Below are positions 51,053-63,775 of a stretch of 64,000 nt of DNA, piece by piece. The translations under genes and the position numbers were made by a program. This stretch comes from Phoronis australis (taxonomy: Eukaryota > Animalia > Phoronida), in the NCBI GenBank assembly GCA_002633005.1, contig NMRA01000467.1:26775-90774 (forward strand), given 5' to 3'. A model generated the notes under the pieces. That model made no database searches. It saw only the letters and a program-made list of their open reading frames with translations, and was not told where the DNA came from. Positions within the stretch are counted from its first letter, which is position 1. Each line of letters starts with the position of its first letter.

Positions 51053-52397
51053 TACAGCATGGAGGTACTTAATTTTTACTGACGGAATGTTTAAAAGCAC
51101 TCAGCTTGTTTACTGAACAAGACTTTTTGATTCGATGTTAATTGGCGAATCCAGTACCAGCATGTTTTTTTGCATCATTGTCTATTGCAACACCCCTGAT
51201 GTTACAGAAAACTTCAAGCATACCAGCTTGGCAAAAAAGTGGTCAGTTCTTAGGAAAATGACACACTGGAGAATTTTTTTTCTCAAATTTCTCAATGAAA
51301 ATAACATTTAAGATTTTTTGTCTATGATTAGCATGGTTTGTTCTGTGTGTTTTATAAAAGAATATAACTTGCCTTTATTATGCACCCACATATTTATATG
51401 TGGGTGCATATTGCTGTCATCTCTGTTCGGGTATGCTGCATATGTAGCAGTATCTCCAAAACCCTTGCAATATCTCATTGGAATTTGACTAGTGTATTCC
51501 TGTGTGGCTTATGACAGATAGCGATGAGTTTTGGACCGACCTAGACACTGTTGTGCCCCATAGTGGGAAGTTTAGTTTTTTTACGTTTGTCTCTGTATCT
51601 TCGGAGTTCCACAACATTTTTTAATGAAATTCGGCAAGTAGGCTTTTAATACGGAGGCGATGATGTCATCTCATTTTTGAACTTATTCAACTAATTTTAC
51701 ACCACCTTGTGGACATTTTTGTTATTTTTGCATCTGCCATGCTGCTCAAAGGATCATTGTACAAATTTACTGATGTGTTGCTGATAAGAAGGCAATTACT
51801 GACGTTGACTTTCTGACTGGTCTGACCTCTGTGTCACCCCTTGTGGTGATTTTGTTTCTTGCATATGCGGACGAATCTCCTTGAAGAAGCTTTGTAAAAT
51901 TTGAAAGATTTACAGTATTCCTATGGAGCCATCAACAAATTGTAATTAGAATGGAACTGATCCAGATACCACTGTGCCCCCTAGTGGTAAATTTTTTAAA
52001 TATGTTTTTCTATGTATCTTTGGAATTTGGCAAATAGGTTTCTATAAAGATGATAATGCATTCATATTCTTGGTGAGATATGTTGTTTTCTGCTCCACCT
52101 GGTGGCCAGTTTTGTTATTTTTGTGTCCCAGTTTTTGGTGACCACTTCCCTGTGTGCCATACTGCTTAAAGGATCATTATGAGAATTTACAGGATGTGTT
52201 CAAGTCCTGATGAGAAGACCATGACTGAAGTTCATTTTCGGACGTGTCTGACTTCTTTGTAGAGATTTTGTTTCTTTGTATTTGCAGCCAAATCTCTTTA
52301 ACCCTTTGAAGGAGCTTCGTTAAATTTGAAAGATGTAATCCTATGGAACGTCGACGAATAGTAACAGGTGTCAAACTGATCCAAATACCACTATGCC

Positions 52398-54579
52398 CAG
52401 GGCTCGACGTTATTAAAATCGCCAGGTCGCATTTTGCGACCTAGCCAAAATCCCAGGTCGCATTTTCAAAATCCAGCTCGCATTCGTAAATGCCAGGTCG
52501 CAAAATTTTCCCGCCATTTTTACGCGCCAAAATAGATTTTTTAGATCATCGAGAAATTGCTCTTACTTGCAGCGTTAAATACTCACAAATTTCGGATCTC
52601 AAAATTGACTTCATTCATGCAGGTACGGCCTTACTGTTCTTCACGACCGCCATTGAAAGACTCTAGAGCGCAAGGCAAGTTGCCGACGTGAAAGTTGAAT
52701 CAGTGCTCTCTAACTGACTTGTGCATTCGAGTAGCTAAACTTGCGATGTGAAAAGGGAGAAAATGCCCCTTGAAAAAGTATCCGGGATATTTTTAGATCT
52801 GGCCTGCTACTGGTTGTCATCAAAGTCGTTAACGATTCAAACTAACTCGGGTAATGGCGAGTTTGCTCCGCAATACCTTCCAAGTACGGGAAAAATAGGT
52901 CAGTCACAAAACGACACGCATGTCACTAGTGTTAACTTTCTTTCCGAGGTATAAAACAAAGCCAGGATTTGGTTTTTACATATTGTGAAAAGACGTTTTT
53001 GAAAACTGAAGTTGTGTAAAATGAAAGTGACACACCATATAAGCTGCGTGACAATTTTAAATCACACGCGGTCGTTTGTAGTGCGCTATGATGGGCGCTA
53101 GCTTGAACTGTGGGCGCTTCATTGGAAATTCTCAAAAAATTTAAGGGGGGACTTTTAATAGATCAGTGAGCGCTTATTATGAAACACTTTAAAGGTAGGG
53201 AGTAAGCTTGTGCGTGACCATAGTCGTTAACCTCAGTGTTTGGGTAATAAGATATTAAAACGCTGCAATGGTATTAGAAACGTTATAAATAATACGATTT
53301 TGCGAGGCAAACTCCATCTCGTAGGGGTGACTTCTGGATATCGTTACCACCTACATTGTACCCTTTTTAGCCACCCGGAATGATTTTGTTTTTAATTGCC
53401 CGCCTCAGCCGGAACAAGGTTGTTTCTATAGGAGTCTGAACATTTTACGGCGACGGTGGTTCGGGGAGCGAAAAGTTGCCGGGCTGGGGTGTATAAAGAG
53501 AAGAATGAAAAGTTCGCTAACTTGAACCACAATTTCGCATCTAGTGCCAGTTTAGTTGCAATAACTGGCTACGGGCATAGAATACAGGATTTACAGAACA
53601 TCGACCTTGGGAAACATCGGAGCAGGAAAACGTCAGTTCTCGGGGTTATATCGGTCCCGGTACATCGGGTCTTTTATAACCGCTGGGAATCTGAGTTTAT
53701 TTTCAAATAAACCAGAGCCAAGCCGGTATACTCTTCATTTAGGGCAGTCGCTGTTCTTTGAAGTAGTGCGCGCGCGTGAGTTCACGCACTTGAATCGCTG
53801 GAGTAGGCCTACACTTTACGTTGGCAACAAACGCGTGAAAGACAAATCATATTTCGCGCACGTAGCCCCAGAAACAAGTAAGGGGTTTGAGAATTTCTTG
53901 GCATCTGAAAGTAAAGACGGGGCCGTCGTTTGGCGATTAATAAGGTTGTCATTTTCACTTTGGCTGCCTTAATGCGATAAAAATCAGAAGCACATCTCAG
54001 TCTAAGTCACGATTGTGTGCCGGGACCGCTTGCGCGCTAACGGTGCCGCAGTGCGGTATCAGGGATATTGTCGTGGATATTTGGTACATGTAATAAGGAC
54101 ATCTTATGTGAAAAATAAACATTTTTGTCCACCACAAAGTTTGGTAAGTTAATCGCTTAAGAATTAGTAGAAACACCGTTGTTTTGTGAAGTTTTATCAC
54201 GTGTTAAGCAGTGGCCCGAAACTTTCTTCGGCGAATCCGGGAATTTACAAAAGTGGCCGAAAGTGTTAGCCAATCATACGCGTCGAATATCGATACTGCA
54301 TATCCCATGTTCACGCGACTTGCATACAAGTCATCGGGAGGGCTGTCCCCGTTAGTGTTGTTTTGGACTTGGATTTGGCAGCGACCAAATAACGGTCGGA
54401 TTAACAAGAGCTGCTTTGTATTTGCCAGGTATCTGTTGAGAAGTGTAAAAAATCAGCTCGCATTCGTTGGAAATTCCAGGTCGCATTTTGCGACTTGATA
54501 CGAGCTGACAAAAATCTCAGCTCGCATTTCCAAATTTCAGGTCGCAAATGCGACCTGCAGCTCGTTATGTCGAGCCCTG
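52398..54579. mobile_element. 2.2-kb non-autonomous TIR element with 5-bp TSD (hAT5-like)
   Basis: TIRs CAGGGCTCGAC / GTCGAGCCCTG; ATGCC duplicated (52393-52397 and 54580-54584); subterminal CAGGTCGCATTTT repeats at both ends. Confidence 0.8.
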
Positions 54580-54691
54580 ATGCCCCCTAGGGGCAAAATG
54601 TTTTTTACTTTTGCCTCTGTGTCTTCAGATTTCATGAAATGCGGCAAATTGGAGTCTGTTAAGGGGACAACAATGCTATCCCATTTTCTGA

Positions 54692-54858
54692 CAGATTTGA
54701 TGTTTTCTGCACCACCTGGTGGCCAGATTTAATGTATTCTGCATCACCTGGTGGCCAGATTTGATGTTTTCTGCACCACCTGGTAGCCAGATTTGATGTT
54801 TTCTGCACCACCTGGTGGCCAGATTTGAATGTTTTCTACACCACCAGGTGGCCAGTTT
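54692..54858. repeat. 32-bp tandem repeat x5 carrying a CTCF-like core
   Basis: Unit CAGATTTGATGTTTTCTGCACCACCTGGTGGC. Confidence 0.9.
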
Positions 54859-56139
54859 TGCATGTTTTCTCACGTCTACCTCTCTATCGGCCATGCCGCT
54901 TAAAGGATAATTGTGAGAATTTCTGGATGTGTTCCTGATGACTGAAGTTGACTTTCGGTCAGGTCACACTGCTGTGTTGCCTTCTAGTGGTGATTGTTTT
55001 TTTTTGTGTCTGAGGCCGAATCTCCTTAACCCTTTGGAGGAGGTTTGTGAAATTTGAAAAATTTTGCTTATGGAGCTGACGATAAATGGTAACAAATGTT
55101 AACTATTCCAATTACCAGTGTGCCCCCTAGTAGCAAAATGATTTTACCTGTACCTCTGTATCTTCGGAGTTAATCAATGTATTTTCATGAAAATTTCTAT
55201 TAAGGAGACGATAACGCCTTCTCATTTTCAGACAGATTTGATGTTTTCTACGTCACCTGGTCACTTAAAAGTTTTCATGTATGTTTTTGCCATCCGTCTC
55301 TATCTAACAAACCACTCAAAGGGTGGTTATGAAAATTGACAGTTGTGTTCCCGATGTGCAGACTCTGCCTGTTGTTGATTTTCGGATGTTTTCACTATTG
55401 TGACATCCCCTAGGGGCAATTTTACTTTTTGCATCCATGGCTGTAAGTCCTTAACGCTTTTTAGGATCTTTGCGAAATTTGGCAGATGGGCTTCTGTGAG
55501 ATGGCTACAGATGACGATAAGTTTTAGTCCAATTTGTCTATAGCTNCCCCCCCCCCCCCCCTGTGTCAATTGTTTTTACGTTTGCCTCTATATCTGAGAA
55601 GTTTGTTGGCTTTTTTTCATGAAATTTGATAAATAGTTGCCTCTTAAAGAGTTGTTGATGCTACTTTCTAAATTTGGATGTTTTTGATGTATTATGCACC
55701 ATCTGATGGCCATTTTTATGGTACTAAAAACACCCATGGAATCACACCGTTTGCGATGCTATCCTGGGTGTATTTCAACGCTTTGCGCCTTCCATAACTC
55801 TTGTTTGGAATAAGGTAATCATCCTCTGGAAAAAGAAAAATTACTGTTTTGACTGATTTTCAGCGAAATTATTAAATTACCTTGTCGTTGCCTTCATACA
55901 TTATAGATATTAGTTTCCTTTCAATGTCATGATGACAAGAATATGTGATCTGGTTTTCCAGTTATTTAGCAAGTGTTTTTCCTGATGTTTAAATATGCTG
56001 AGATTTAAACTTTATGGTTTATTAGCAAATTTGAAGGTCTGTGTCAATAATATAACAAAAAATCGTCATCTGTTTTAGGTGTATTGAGATTCAATAATGG
56101 AAAAACAGAAATTTGGTGATAACTGCGAAAACAGGTTAT

Positions 56140-56212
56140 CAGAAGACTATATGATGCCGTTTTGTTAAACTCCAGATGGGAAAACAAGATGGCTGATGGA
56201 CGCAAGTCTCTG
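56140..56212 (+). promoter_or_regulatory. SECIS element (type II) of the PRXL2B selenoprotein mRNA
   Basis: AUGAU core (56151), 11-bp helix II GCCGUUUUGUU/AACAAGAUGGC, unpaired AAA (56167-56169), apical mini-stem, 3' UGAU (56194-56197), helix I AGACU/AGUCU; AATAAA signals at 56269 and 56274. Confidence 0.9.
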
Positions 56213-56458
56213 CTGATGCTTTGTTCGAGTTTTGTTTTTGCCAGATTTGATGTTTTACTACTGCCCATAATAAAATAAATATGTTATACTGAAGACAACT
56301 GCTGTACATGTATCAACTTAATAGCTTTTAACTTGGGTAAACCATAAATCCAAGAGGTTTGCGTATACACGTCCATTAGTTCTTATTTCCGCATGGTGAA
56401 TTATACCGTTTTTGGGGTAAGACACAAAAACAAGCCATTTTGAAGTTCTTTTAAGTAA

Positions 56459-57505
56459 AGGAGAATGCCACCCGAATTAATTTGTTTATTTTACCATCTT
56501 AATCGTTCTATATCCATATCACTTCAAATATGGTCGATCTCAACTCACAGCTGTGGCGTTAACTTGGAATGAAAGTGAGTACACGACGCTGTGATGTCAG
56601 TGGTTCTTCACCTGAACGTGTGTTGCTATGGTGTGCCGCTTGTGCAAACTATGAGACTGCAAGGAAAGCGGGTATATCAATTTGTCTGAGTCTGTCTCAC
56701 TTTACACAATTTGTAATGACTGTAGAGTGTTCATGAGTGCAACTGCTTTAAGAAACCAATCATACTGCATTATTGGCTTCAGTTGCAACAAAAATAATTG
56801 ATCAGACAGGCACCCGGGACCTTGCGAGCGCATGCTAATTCAGTGTTTGCAGACAGAACGCTGTTGTTAAACAGCAAGTCGATTTTCTATGCTGTGGTCA
56901 CATATAGACGGTTATGTGGGGGGAACCTAATGAGTGACTGCTGCCCCGACTAGAAATATTCACGTGCACATTATTTCTTTGGTTCACTAGTCTAGTGACC
57001 GGAAGTTTAGTTTTCAACTTTTGCAGCCGACTAACCTGGCTCGTTCATGTTCGTGATGTTTCCAGCCACTTGTAATGAGCGTTTTCTGTGTTTAGAACTG
57101 AAATTTGCAAGTCTAAAATCTCAACACACGGCTATGTTCTCCTGTCTGTATTTCAGGGTAGAATAATTCTAATTCATCACCGAAAAGATCCTGAAACTTC
57201 CCGCGACCAACATTGGCGGGCAAGTTGGCTTATGGTACATTAAAATTGCTATAAATCCATAACAGTGAAATAAAAACTCTCGACGTATTTGTATGGGTTT
57301 TGGATCAAATTTTGATGAATTATTGAGGTAAAGCGATGAAGTTGAGTGATAAGCTGGCCCCTGTTAGTTTTTGTAAACTGCTAAACTGTGGTAAATCCTG
57401 TGATGTCGTTGGTTAATTTCAGCACCTCCATCTGCCATCATGTAAAAGAAATGAACTTGCAGTTATCTGTGGGAACTACTTAATCTAAATTGATGCAAAA
57501 TACAA
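56459..57505. mobile_element. Kolobok-type element, copy 2 (inverted and diverged relative to 31968-33631)
   Basis: Starts AGGAGAATGCCACC; both ends align to the reverse complement of copy 1. Confidence 0.7.
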
Positions 57506-58274
57506 TGGCTTAACACCCACCTCAATGGTCTAGACATATCATGCCAAGTATAAATTAAGCACCCTTGGATTTAAGGTAATTGGTTGTCTTTGTTGCCAAG
57601 AATGAAATTTCTTGATCATTTTAACTTACATTATTCTGAAATCCTTGATCAGAATAGAATCTTTTTTATGCTCAAACATATTGTCCAGATGTTCATAATG
57701 GTTAGAGTGCCTTTTTTTCTAAAATCTCAATTTTCACTGTATTTTCTACAAACGAACAATTTTTTACATGAAACTTTCAATTTTTGTCTTTGTTTCATTG
57801 CCTACAAAGACATTCTTGGAATTTTCTTTCAAGGTCTTTATCCCAAGCACTCCACTGTCAAAAATGAAGACCTCGGCATTCCTTAAAAAAGCGGTTAACT
57901 CTTCATTTTTGGCAACTGAGCACTCGAGCTACGAGCAAAATCCTAGACATGCTAATGTTATAACTCTGTGCCATCAAGGATATTCATGATATATGTTTTA
58001 TTTGTCTACTATTAGTATTAAAAAAATAATTTGACACTTGGTAACATAAGTAGCCTATTACCTTAAAACAGGTGGTTAAGATAATAGTTTATAAGCACCA
58101 ACTTAACTTGAATGATTTATTATACGTCCATACAAACCTTTACAAAAATGGCATTATGATAGTAATAAAATAGTAGTAATAGTAATAAAATAGTTATAGT
58201 TACAAATAATGTTTAAGTGCAACAAAACTTGCACAAAATCTCATAAATAACAAGAATATACAAATAATTGCTGA

Positions 58275-59111
58275 GGGCTGTTCCAGTAAAATCCGTGTGG
58301 GAGGGGGGGGACGGCAGTAGAAATAAAAATTCATGGGTGGTGGTCTTCAGAAAAAAACTCAAATTATGGGTGGTCGTTCCTGTAAGAAGTGATGCATTAA
58401 AAATGGGTGGTATTTTTTGATCTGTTAACATTGACAGGTTGGTTAATTCAGCCAACACATCTCCAAAGAAATCAAAACTCAAAAAATGCAATTGGCATAT
58501 ATCCCAACTTGTCCCAATACAAAAAAGCCCATATTGCCAGTGAACAGAGTGCAATATGTTCACTAAGCCATTAATCAAATCATGGGCAACTTGATTTGAG
58601 CCAAGTGCTTGTCTGCAGTCCTATTGAATTGAAAAGTTATGCAACACTAAACTGGTGTTAACACATATAAGAAAATTGATGATTTTTAAATAAAAAGTAT
58701 GAGGAGTAAGATAAACAAGTTCCAATATTCACTTGACATAGAAGTATAAAAGAGTTTGTGGAGACAGTTTGAGATTCATAGATCCTTATAATTGAAAAAA
58801 TGTTCATTGAAATTATAGACACATGGTGAACAGAGACACCTGGTGGCTGCCAAAAGTATTGTTCACAGGCTACTTTAATTTTTGACAATATTGGACAAGA
58901 CAACTAGTTCTTGTCTGTCAATCATCTAAGTTCTTAACAGGTCCTCCTGGAGGCAATTTGTTTGCAAGTGTTGGATTTTATATTTTAACCTATTAAAAAT
59001 AATTAAAAAATTATGGGTCATGGGTTGGAGAAATAAATGAAAAATATGGGCGGTGGGTACGAAATAAAAGTGCCTTCCCCCCCTCCCATACAGATTTTGC
59101 TGGAACAGCCC
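58275..59111. mobile_element. PIF/Harbinger-type MITE
   Basis: ~33-bp TIRs GGGCTGTTCCAGTAAAATCCGTGTGGGAGGGGG / CCCCCTCCCATACAGATTTTGCTGGAACAGCCC; 3-bp TSD TGA. Confidence 0.8.
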
Positions 59112-60010
59112 TGATCATAATGTAATTTTGTACTTTAGTTGTAAATAAATAACTTTAAAGCCAAAATATACATGTAACTGCAAGTTTGCGGCGATGAATT
59201 CAGCCAAACAAAAAACGGTACCAATAACTTCACCTGCTAGATGGTGCCCGCATAATAATATTCCATTTCCAGGTACCCAACTCCAGCACCGGCTCATAGG
59301 TGCGGGACTGCAGTTTTGTCACCGGGTATAGTTTTCGTCGTAGCGCATGTGAAGTTTTGAAGTGCAGGAGTAGAATTTTCAACTGTTTGTTATTAGCTGG
59401 TATAGGAATGCGTTCAGGGTTATTAGCTGGAATTTGGAAGACTGGTGGCCATTGAGTTGTGTCCACTCAGTCAAAAATGAAATTCTTCACATCTGGTTAG
59501 CAATAGAAAACAAAGCTGCAGTACAGTAAAACGTCACCAATTTCGGACAAAAATAATTGCCAAAACTGATAGTTTTTCAAAGATCCACAATTTATAAGGG
59601 AAGGCACAATTACACAATGTGTTCATTTCACAACTAGAGACCACAATATAATTAATTAAATCAGGTAAAGATGGATATTTATATATTGATATATCCTTGA
59701 ATTTCAACACAATATAAAATGTTTAGCTATTTTATGCAAAAGGAATTATCAAAAATTAACCAAAACAAAAGATTTATAATAATCAACCTACTACGTGACG
59801 TTTTCTTGATATGTACAAAACTGCCTATTACTGCTTCAATGTTAATAAATAAATCTTAATTGTAACAATATATTACAACTCAATTCATCAATAGTCGCAC
59901 TCGCCAAATAAACAGAGTAACTAGCAATCCAGAGAAATGTAAGCGGTGTGTGTACGCACACAGTAGAGAAATCGTAATTTGTGTAATACCTAAACCATGA
60001 CTATACAATT

Positions 60011-61910
60011 TTAAACATCTGTACTATGACTGATTCTTGGCTCCGGTCGTTTGGGTACTTCTCGATACCTCCTTTGAGCAGCTGACCCTTGTGGAGGCAC
60101 GGGAATTCTTCTGAAGCGCTGAGGCACCTCAGAGACTGGTGGGGGCTGGGACAGCTCCCTATAGCGCGGTAGCGGTTCGACCAGTTGAGGGGGTTGGGAA
60201 ACCTCTCTGAACCTATGTGCATTCTCATTTGGCTGTGGTGATGAAACCACCTCCCTGAAGCGCTGCGGTGAGTCTGCGGGCTGTCTGTGTCTCTGATACC
60301 ATTGCTCTATTTCTTGGGTCGGATGGTTATACTGGCGTGATGCTGTAAGGCGCTCACCAGGTGAATTCACATAGTTGCCATCACTTCTGTCGAGAGAGGG
60401 ATGTGAAGGCACATTGGCATAGTTATTATAAGGCTTTGGCGAGTCATGCACTACATTCACATAATTCGAACTCCTGGCAGGTGCTTGTGGGTCACATGAT
60501 ACATTAGCATAATCGTTATAGTCTCTGTGCTTAGCAGCTTCTGCAGTTGGAAGCGACTTTTCTAGTTCTGCAGAAACATTTGCATAGTTACTAGAACTTC
60601 TTGAGACAGTGGAGTCATTCACAGAAGAATGCAGCTTGATGAACTCGTAAGAGTTGTCCGGCGAATTCTGATAACTTGGCAAATTTGTTGAATCATTGGC
60701 GGATGAGTTAAGAGAGGAATCAACAAGTGGGCTTTGCACCTGTCCTGCAGGGTAAGATGGTGCCAAACGTACACCATAAATCTTACTACTGTAACCTGAG
60801 TCAGGGTTACTCCCAGACTCGGTTTTCTGTCCCGGCGAGTCGGCACCAGAATACTGAGGGCTTTGTGCGGCACTACTTCCTATCAGGCTCGGTGACGTCG
60901 ACTGTAGGCCGCTCAACTCGGCGTAGTTGGATGACGAATTGCTGTTAGCTGGACAGATAGCAGGCTTCCTAACAGACTTCCACGCGTACGAATAAGGTGG
61001 CTTTGGGGGACCATTGTATCCGTAAGGCGGGGGTTGTGCTGAGCTCTGGGAAGGCAAGAGCTGTACTCGATTCACAACAGTGTCAGCGTGAGAGGCAGGA
61101 GTTGACGCGAAAGATGGAGGAACAACGATTTGCTTGAAACTCGTACTGACTGCAGTTTGTTTCGGCGTCACAAAATCCAGTTGCTTGGGAGTTGTTTGCT
61201 CACTATCTTGCTTTATCACTGAAGAGTCATGGGGTTTAGCGCGACTTTCAAGTTCACTGTCTTCGAACTCCCTGAGTAATCTCACATCAATGGGATTACG
61301 CCTCTGAGAAAAATTCCCAGACATATCAGGAGTACTTTTACTGTCTGCTGACTGTTCACTCAAAGCCTTCAGGGGCTCGTACACATTGAATCGAGCCATT
61401 TCCTCGTGCATAGTTCTAGGTCGAGTTAACTGACCGACTGGATTAGGGCGAGAAATACCCACCCTCTCATTTTTTGACTGCTTATTAACGGTGGACAATT
61501 TCAAAGCTCGAAGTTGTTCGATGGCATTCTTACGTGACTGATAAGCCTTACCATGGAAACTATACTCAGAATGTGACAGTGTCTCATCAGATCGTGACCT
61601 AATCAGACGACTCGCCCAGGCAAACCGCCGATTTCCTTTCTTGTGCCGGAACGAGTTATTCTCGAACACATCACGGTTGAAGTTACTCGGAGTGGCTCCA
61701 AACGTCTCATCTCTTTTAGCTACCGTTGCAGTACCACGCGTTTTCCCCTCACGTAGCTGCATCCATCTTTGCAGCTCGTCCTGAACCTTAGCCTGGGCGA
61801 GTTCCAGCTGTCTGTCAGTTTCTAGACGTTCCTGCATTGCCCGTCGCTCGACACGCTCGTGACAGTCATGTTTTTCTGCGTCCAGTCTTTCCTGGTTCAG
61901 TCGATCGATG
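60011..61910 (-). CDS. ANKRD6: ANKRD6/diversin (Diego)-like gene, terminal coding exon
   Basis: Acceptor ccacag| at 61910; 1900-bp open frame (S)IDRLNQERLDAEKHDCHERVERRAMQERL...HSTDV*; its start resembles ANKRD6 'LDKLMVERLSAERTEC'. Confidence 0.8.
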
Positions 61911-63605
61911 CTGTGGTGATAGAGAGGTCAAGTTAAAGTTTGCCATCTTTTGAGTTAAGTATAATCAGCATAATATGGGAAAAAGTTAAACGTCACAGAA
62001 CTAGATTATTACACGGCCAGGCTGTTGTTTCCTGTATTTAGACCTGACTGGGATGTAGAGGCCCTTGCTACAAGGGTGATAATTCTTCCAAATCACATAA
62101 GGGCTCTAAATACAGGCTGTTTCAGTAAAGTTCACCAGAGGGAAAAGGCATTTTTTTTTGCCAGCCACCAATATTTTTGTTTTATTTTCCAACTCAGTCA
62201 TGAACAATAATTTAAATTACTTTGGTATGCAACCACCCATAAACCTCTTTAAATTGTTTTTGTCACTTTGAAGTATTGGTCCTGCAAACAAATTGAACTT
62301 TAAATGCATAAAAACAGTGCTTCTTTGTCAATTATTCAGCACAGTTTTATGACTAAGTGGTGGTATGAATAAGGACAAGGATACGCTGCTTGTACCTATG
62401 ATACACAATGATCCATAAATACTGATACTCAATAGCTGACTTTCAAAATAGTTGCGCTATATTAAAATTCACCAACACGTTTAGTACCACCCACCAATCC
62501 CATGTGATGCACTGGTAAAACAGCGTTTTAACACCTTTCCTGTTATTACAATGCCGGCAGATTGACAGTGATGTGCGGTGGTATGTATCAATGCCTTACG
62601 AAAAAGACAAACCTTTTGAAATAACAATGGATGAACACGGACATCATGTTCCATATATTTCTTCCTGTGAAGAAGTATTTGCCGACAAAGCCAAGAGCAT
62701 GGGAATTTTGATCCCAGCCGGTGTCAAAAAGCTAAGTTAAATTAATGAACTTAACTAATGGAACAATGCGAGGGGCTGACAGTGCAATACAGTGCTTTTA
62801 AATTAATGAACCACAAGCTATAATTTTCTGTCCACCAAGTCTGAGTCGGGATCAATTGGAAGTCACTTTAGTGCTCTCACTACTGTAAAGAGCGCTAATA
62901 TGAAGTCTCCTATTATGCTCATCTTCTCAAAAAACATTTTGCATTCCAATATTCACCATGGCTACTTCAATTAAGATAAGATCTTTAGTTGAGCCAATAT
63001 AAGCACAATGCATGTCACCCTCTTGTGTTGCATCGCTGTATGTTCAGATTGACAAATGTAAGAAGTCAGTAAGAAAAGTAACGACACTTGAGATCTATGC
63101 TGTTCACATCCTAACAAGTTTGTGATCATTCCAAGATAACGATTTGAGAAATGGACTGTAGCCATGCATGAATTCCTTGTAGATAATGCATGAAAATTTG
63201 TTTTTGTGTACATGATTTGTACTATTGTGTGGAACATGTCATGAAGCCCACATCTCATAGATCACAAACACCAACAACTAGAAATGTTCCATTTTGTTAC
63301 AAAAACAACTGGCATTGTTTTTATGTGTTCTGAGAAGAACTACCACCAACATTTTTTTTCATTTCATGTGCACTTCCCCTCACATACAGACTTTACTGGA
63401 GGAGAACATGCAATTATCTATTCATCCAACATGTTGAGCAACAGATTCTAAAAAAAATAAAGAAGTAAAGATCCAGCTATCCATGTATTTGATGTCAGTG
63501 ACCCCCTGTCAGTGCTTTGGATCAAACCACACTTGCGAGTGACCTCTATTAAACAGTCTTAGCTTGTTAAATTCTAAAGAGACACCTGACTTTGGTGAAT
63601 CTCAC

Positions 63606-63775
63606 CTATAAATCTGCTGCGTGGTCCTTCGCTCTAAGTTGTCAATACGCTGAGTCAGCTGCTGCTGTGTGGCGTCCACGTGATCATAGAAGTTATGTCG
63701 ATCTGCCTCCACCCGCTGTTCCAGCTTGGTAAGGGCTGGCTGACACTGGCACAGGGGCATGTACCCTACAGGACC
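63606..63775 (-). CDS. ANKRD6: ANKRD6/diversin-like gene, penultimate coding exon
   Basis: 170 bp, ctgcag|...|gtgag; GPVGYMPLCQCQPALTKLEQRVEADRHNFYDHVDATQQQLTQRIDNLERRTTQQIY resembles the ANKRD6 'CRCEPLINKLENQLEA' coiled coil; the ankyrin exons would lie right of the window. Confidence 0.8.

Larger units (their letters stand above)
51374..55805 (+). mobile_element. Helentron-associated non-autonomous element (HINE/DINE-like) with an internal degenerate tandem array
   Basis: T-rich start, perfect palindrome TATGCACCCACATA-TTTA-TATGTGGGTGCATA (51379-51410), ~400-bp diverged internal units, 3' subterminal GGGTGTAT echo, and CTTGTT end. Confidence 0.65.

Noticed and set aside
51070-51145. SECIS-like hairpin just after the stop codon (CUGAC..AAAA..UGAU)
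   Set aside because: Non-canonical CUGA core and a weak bulged helix; probably intronic; the 56140 element is far better.
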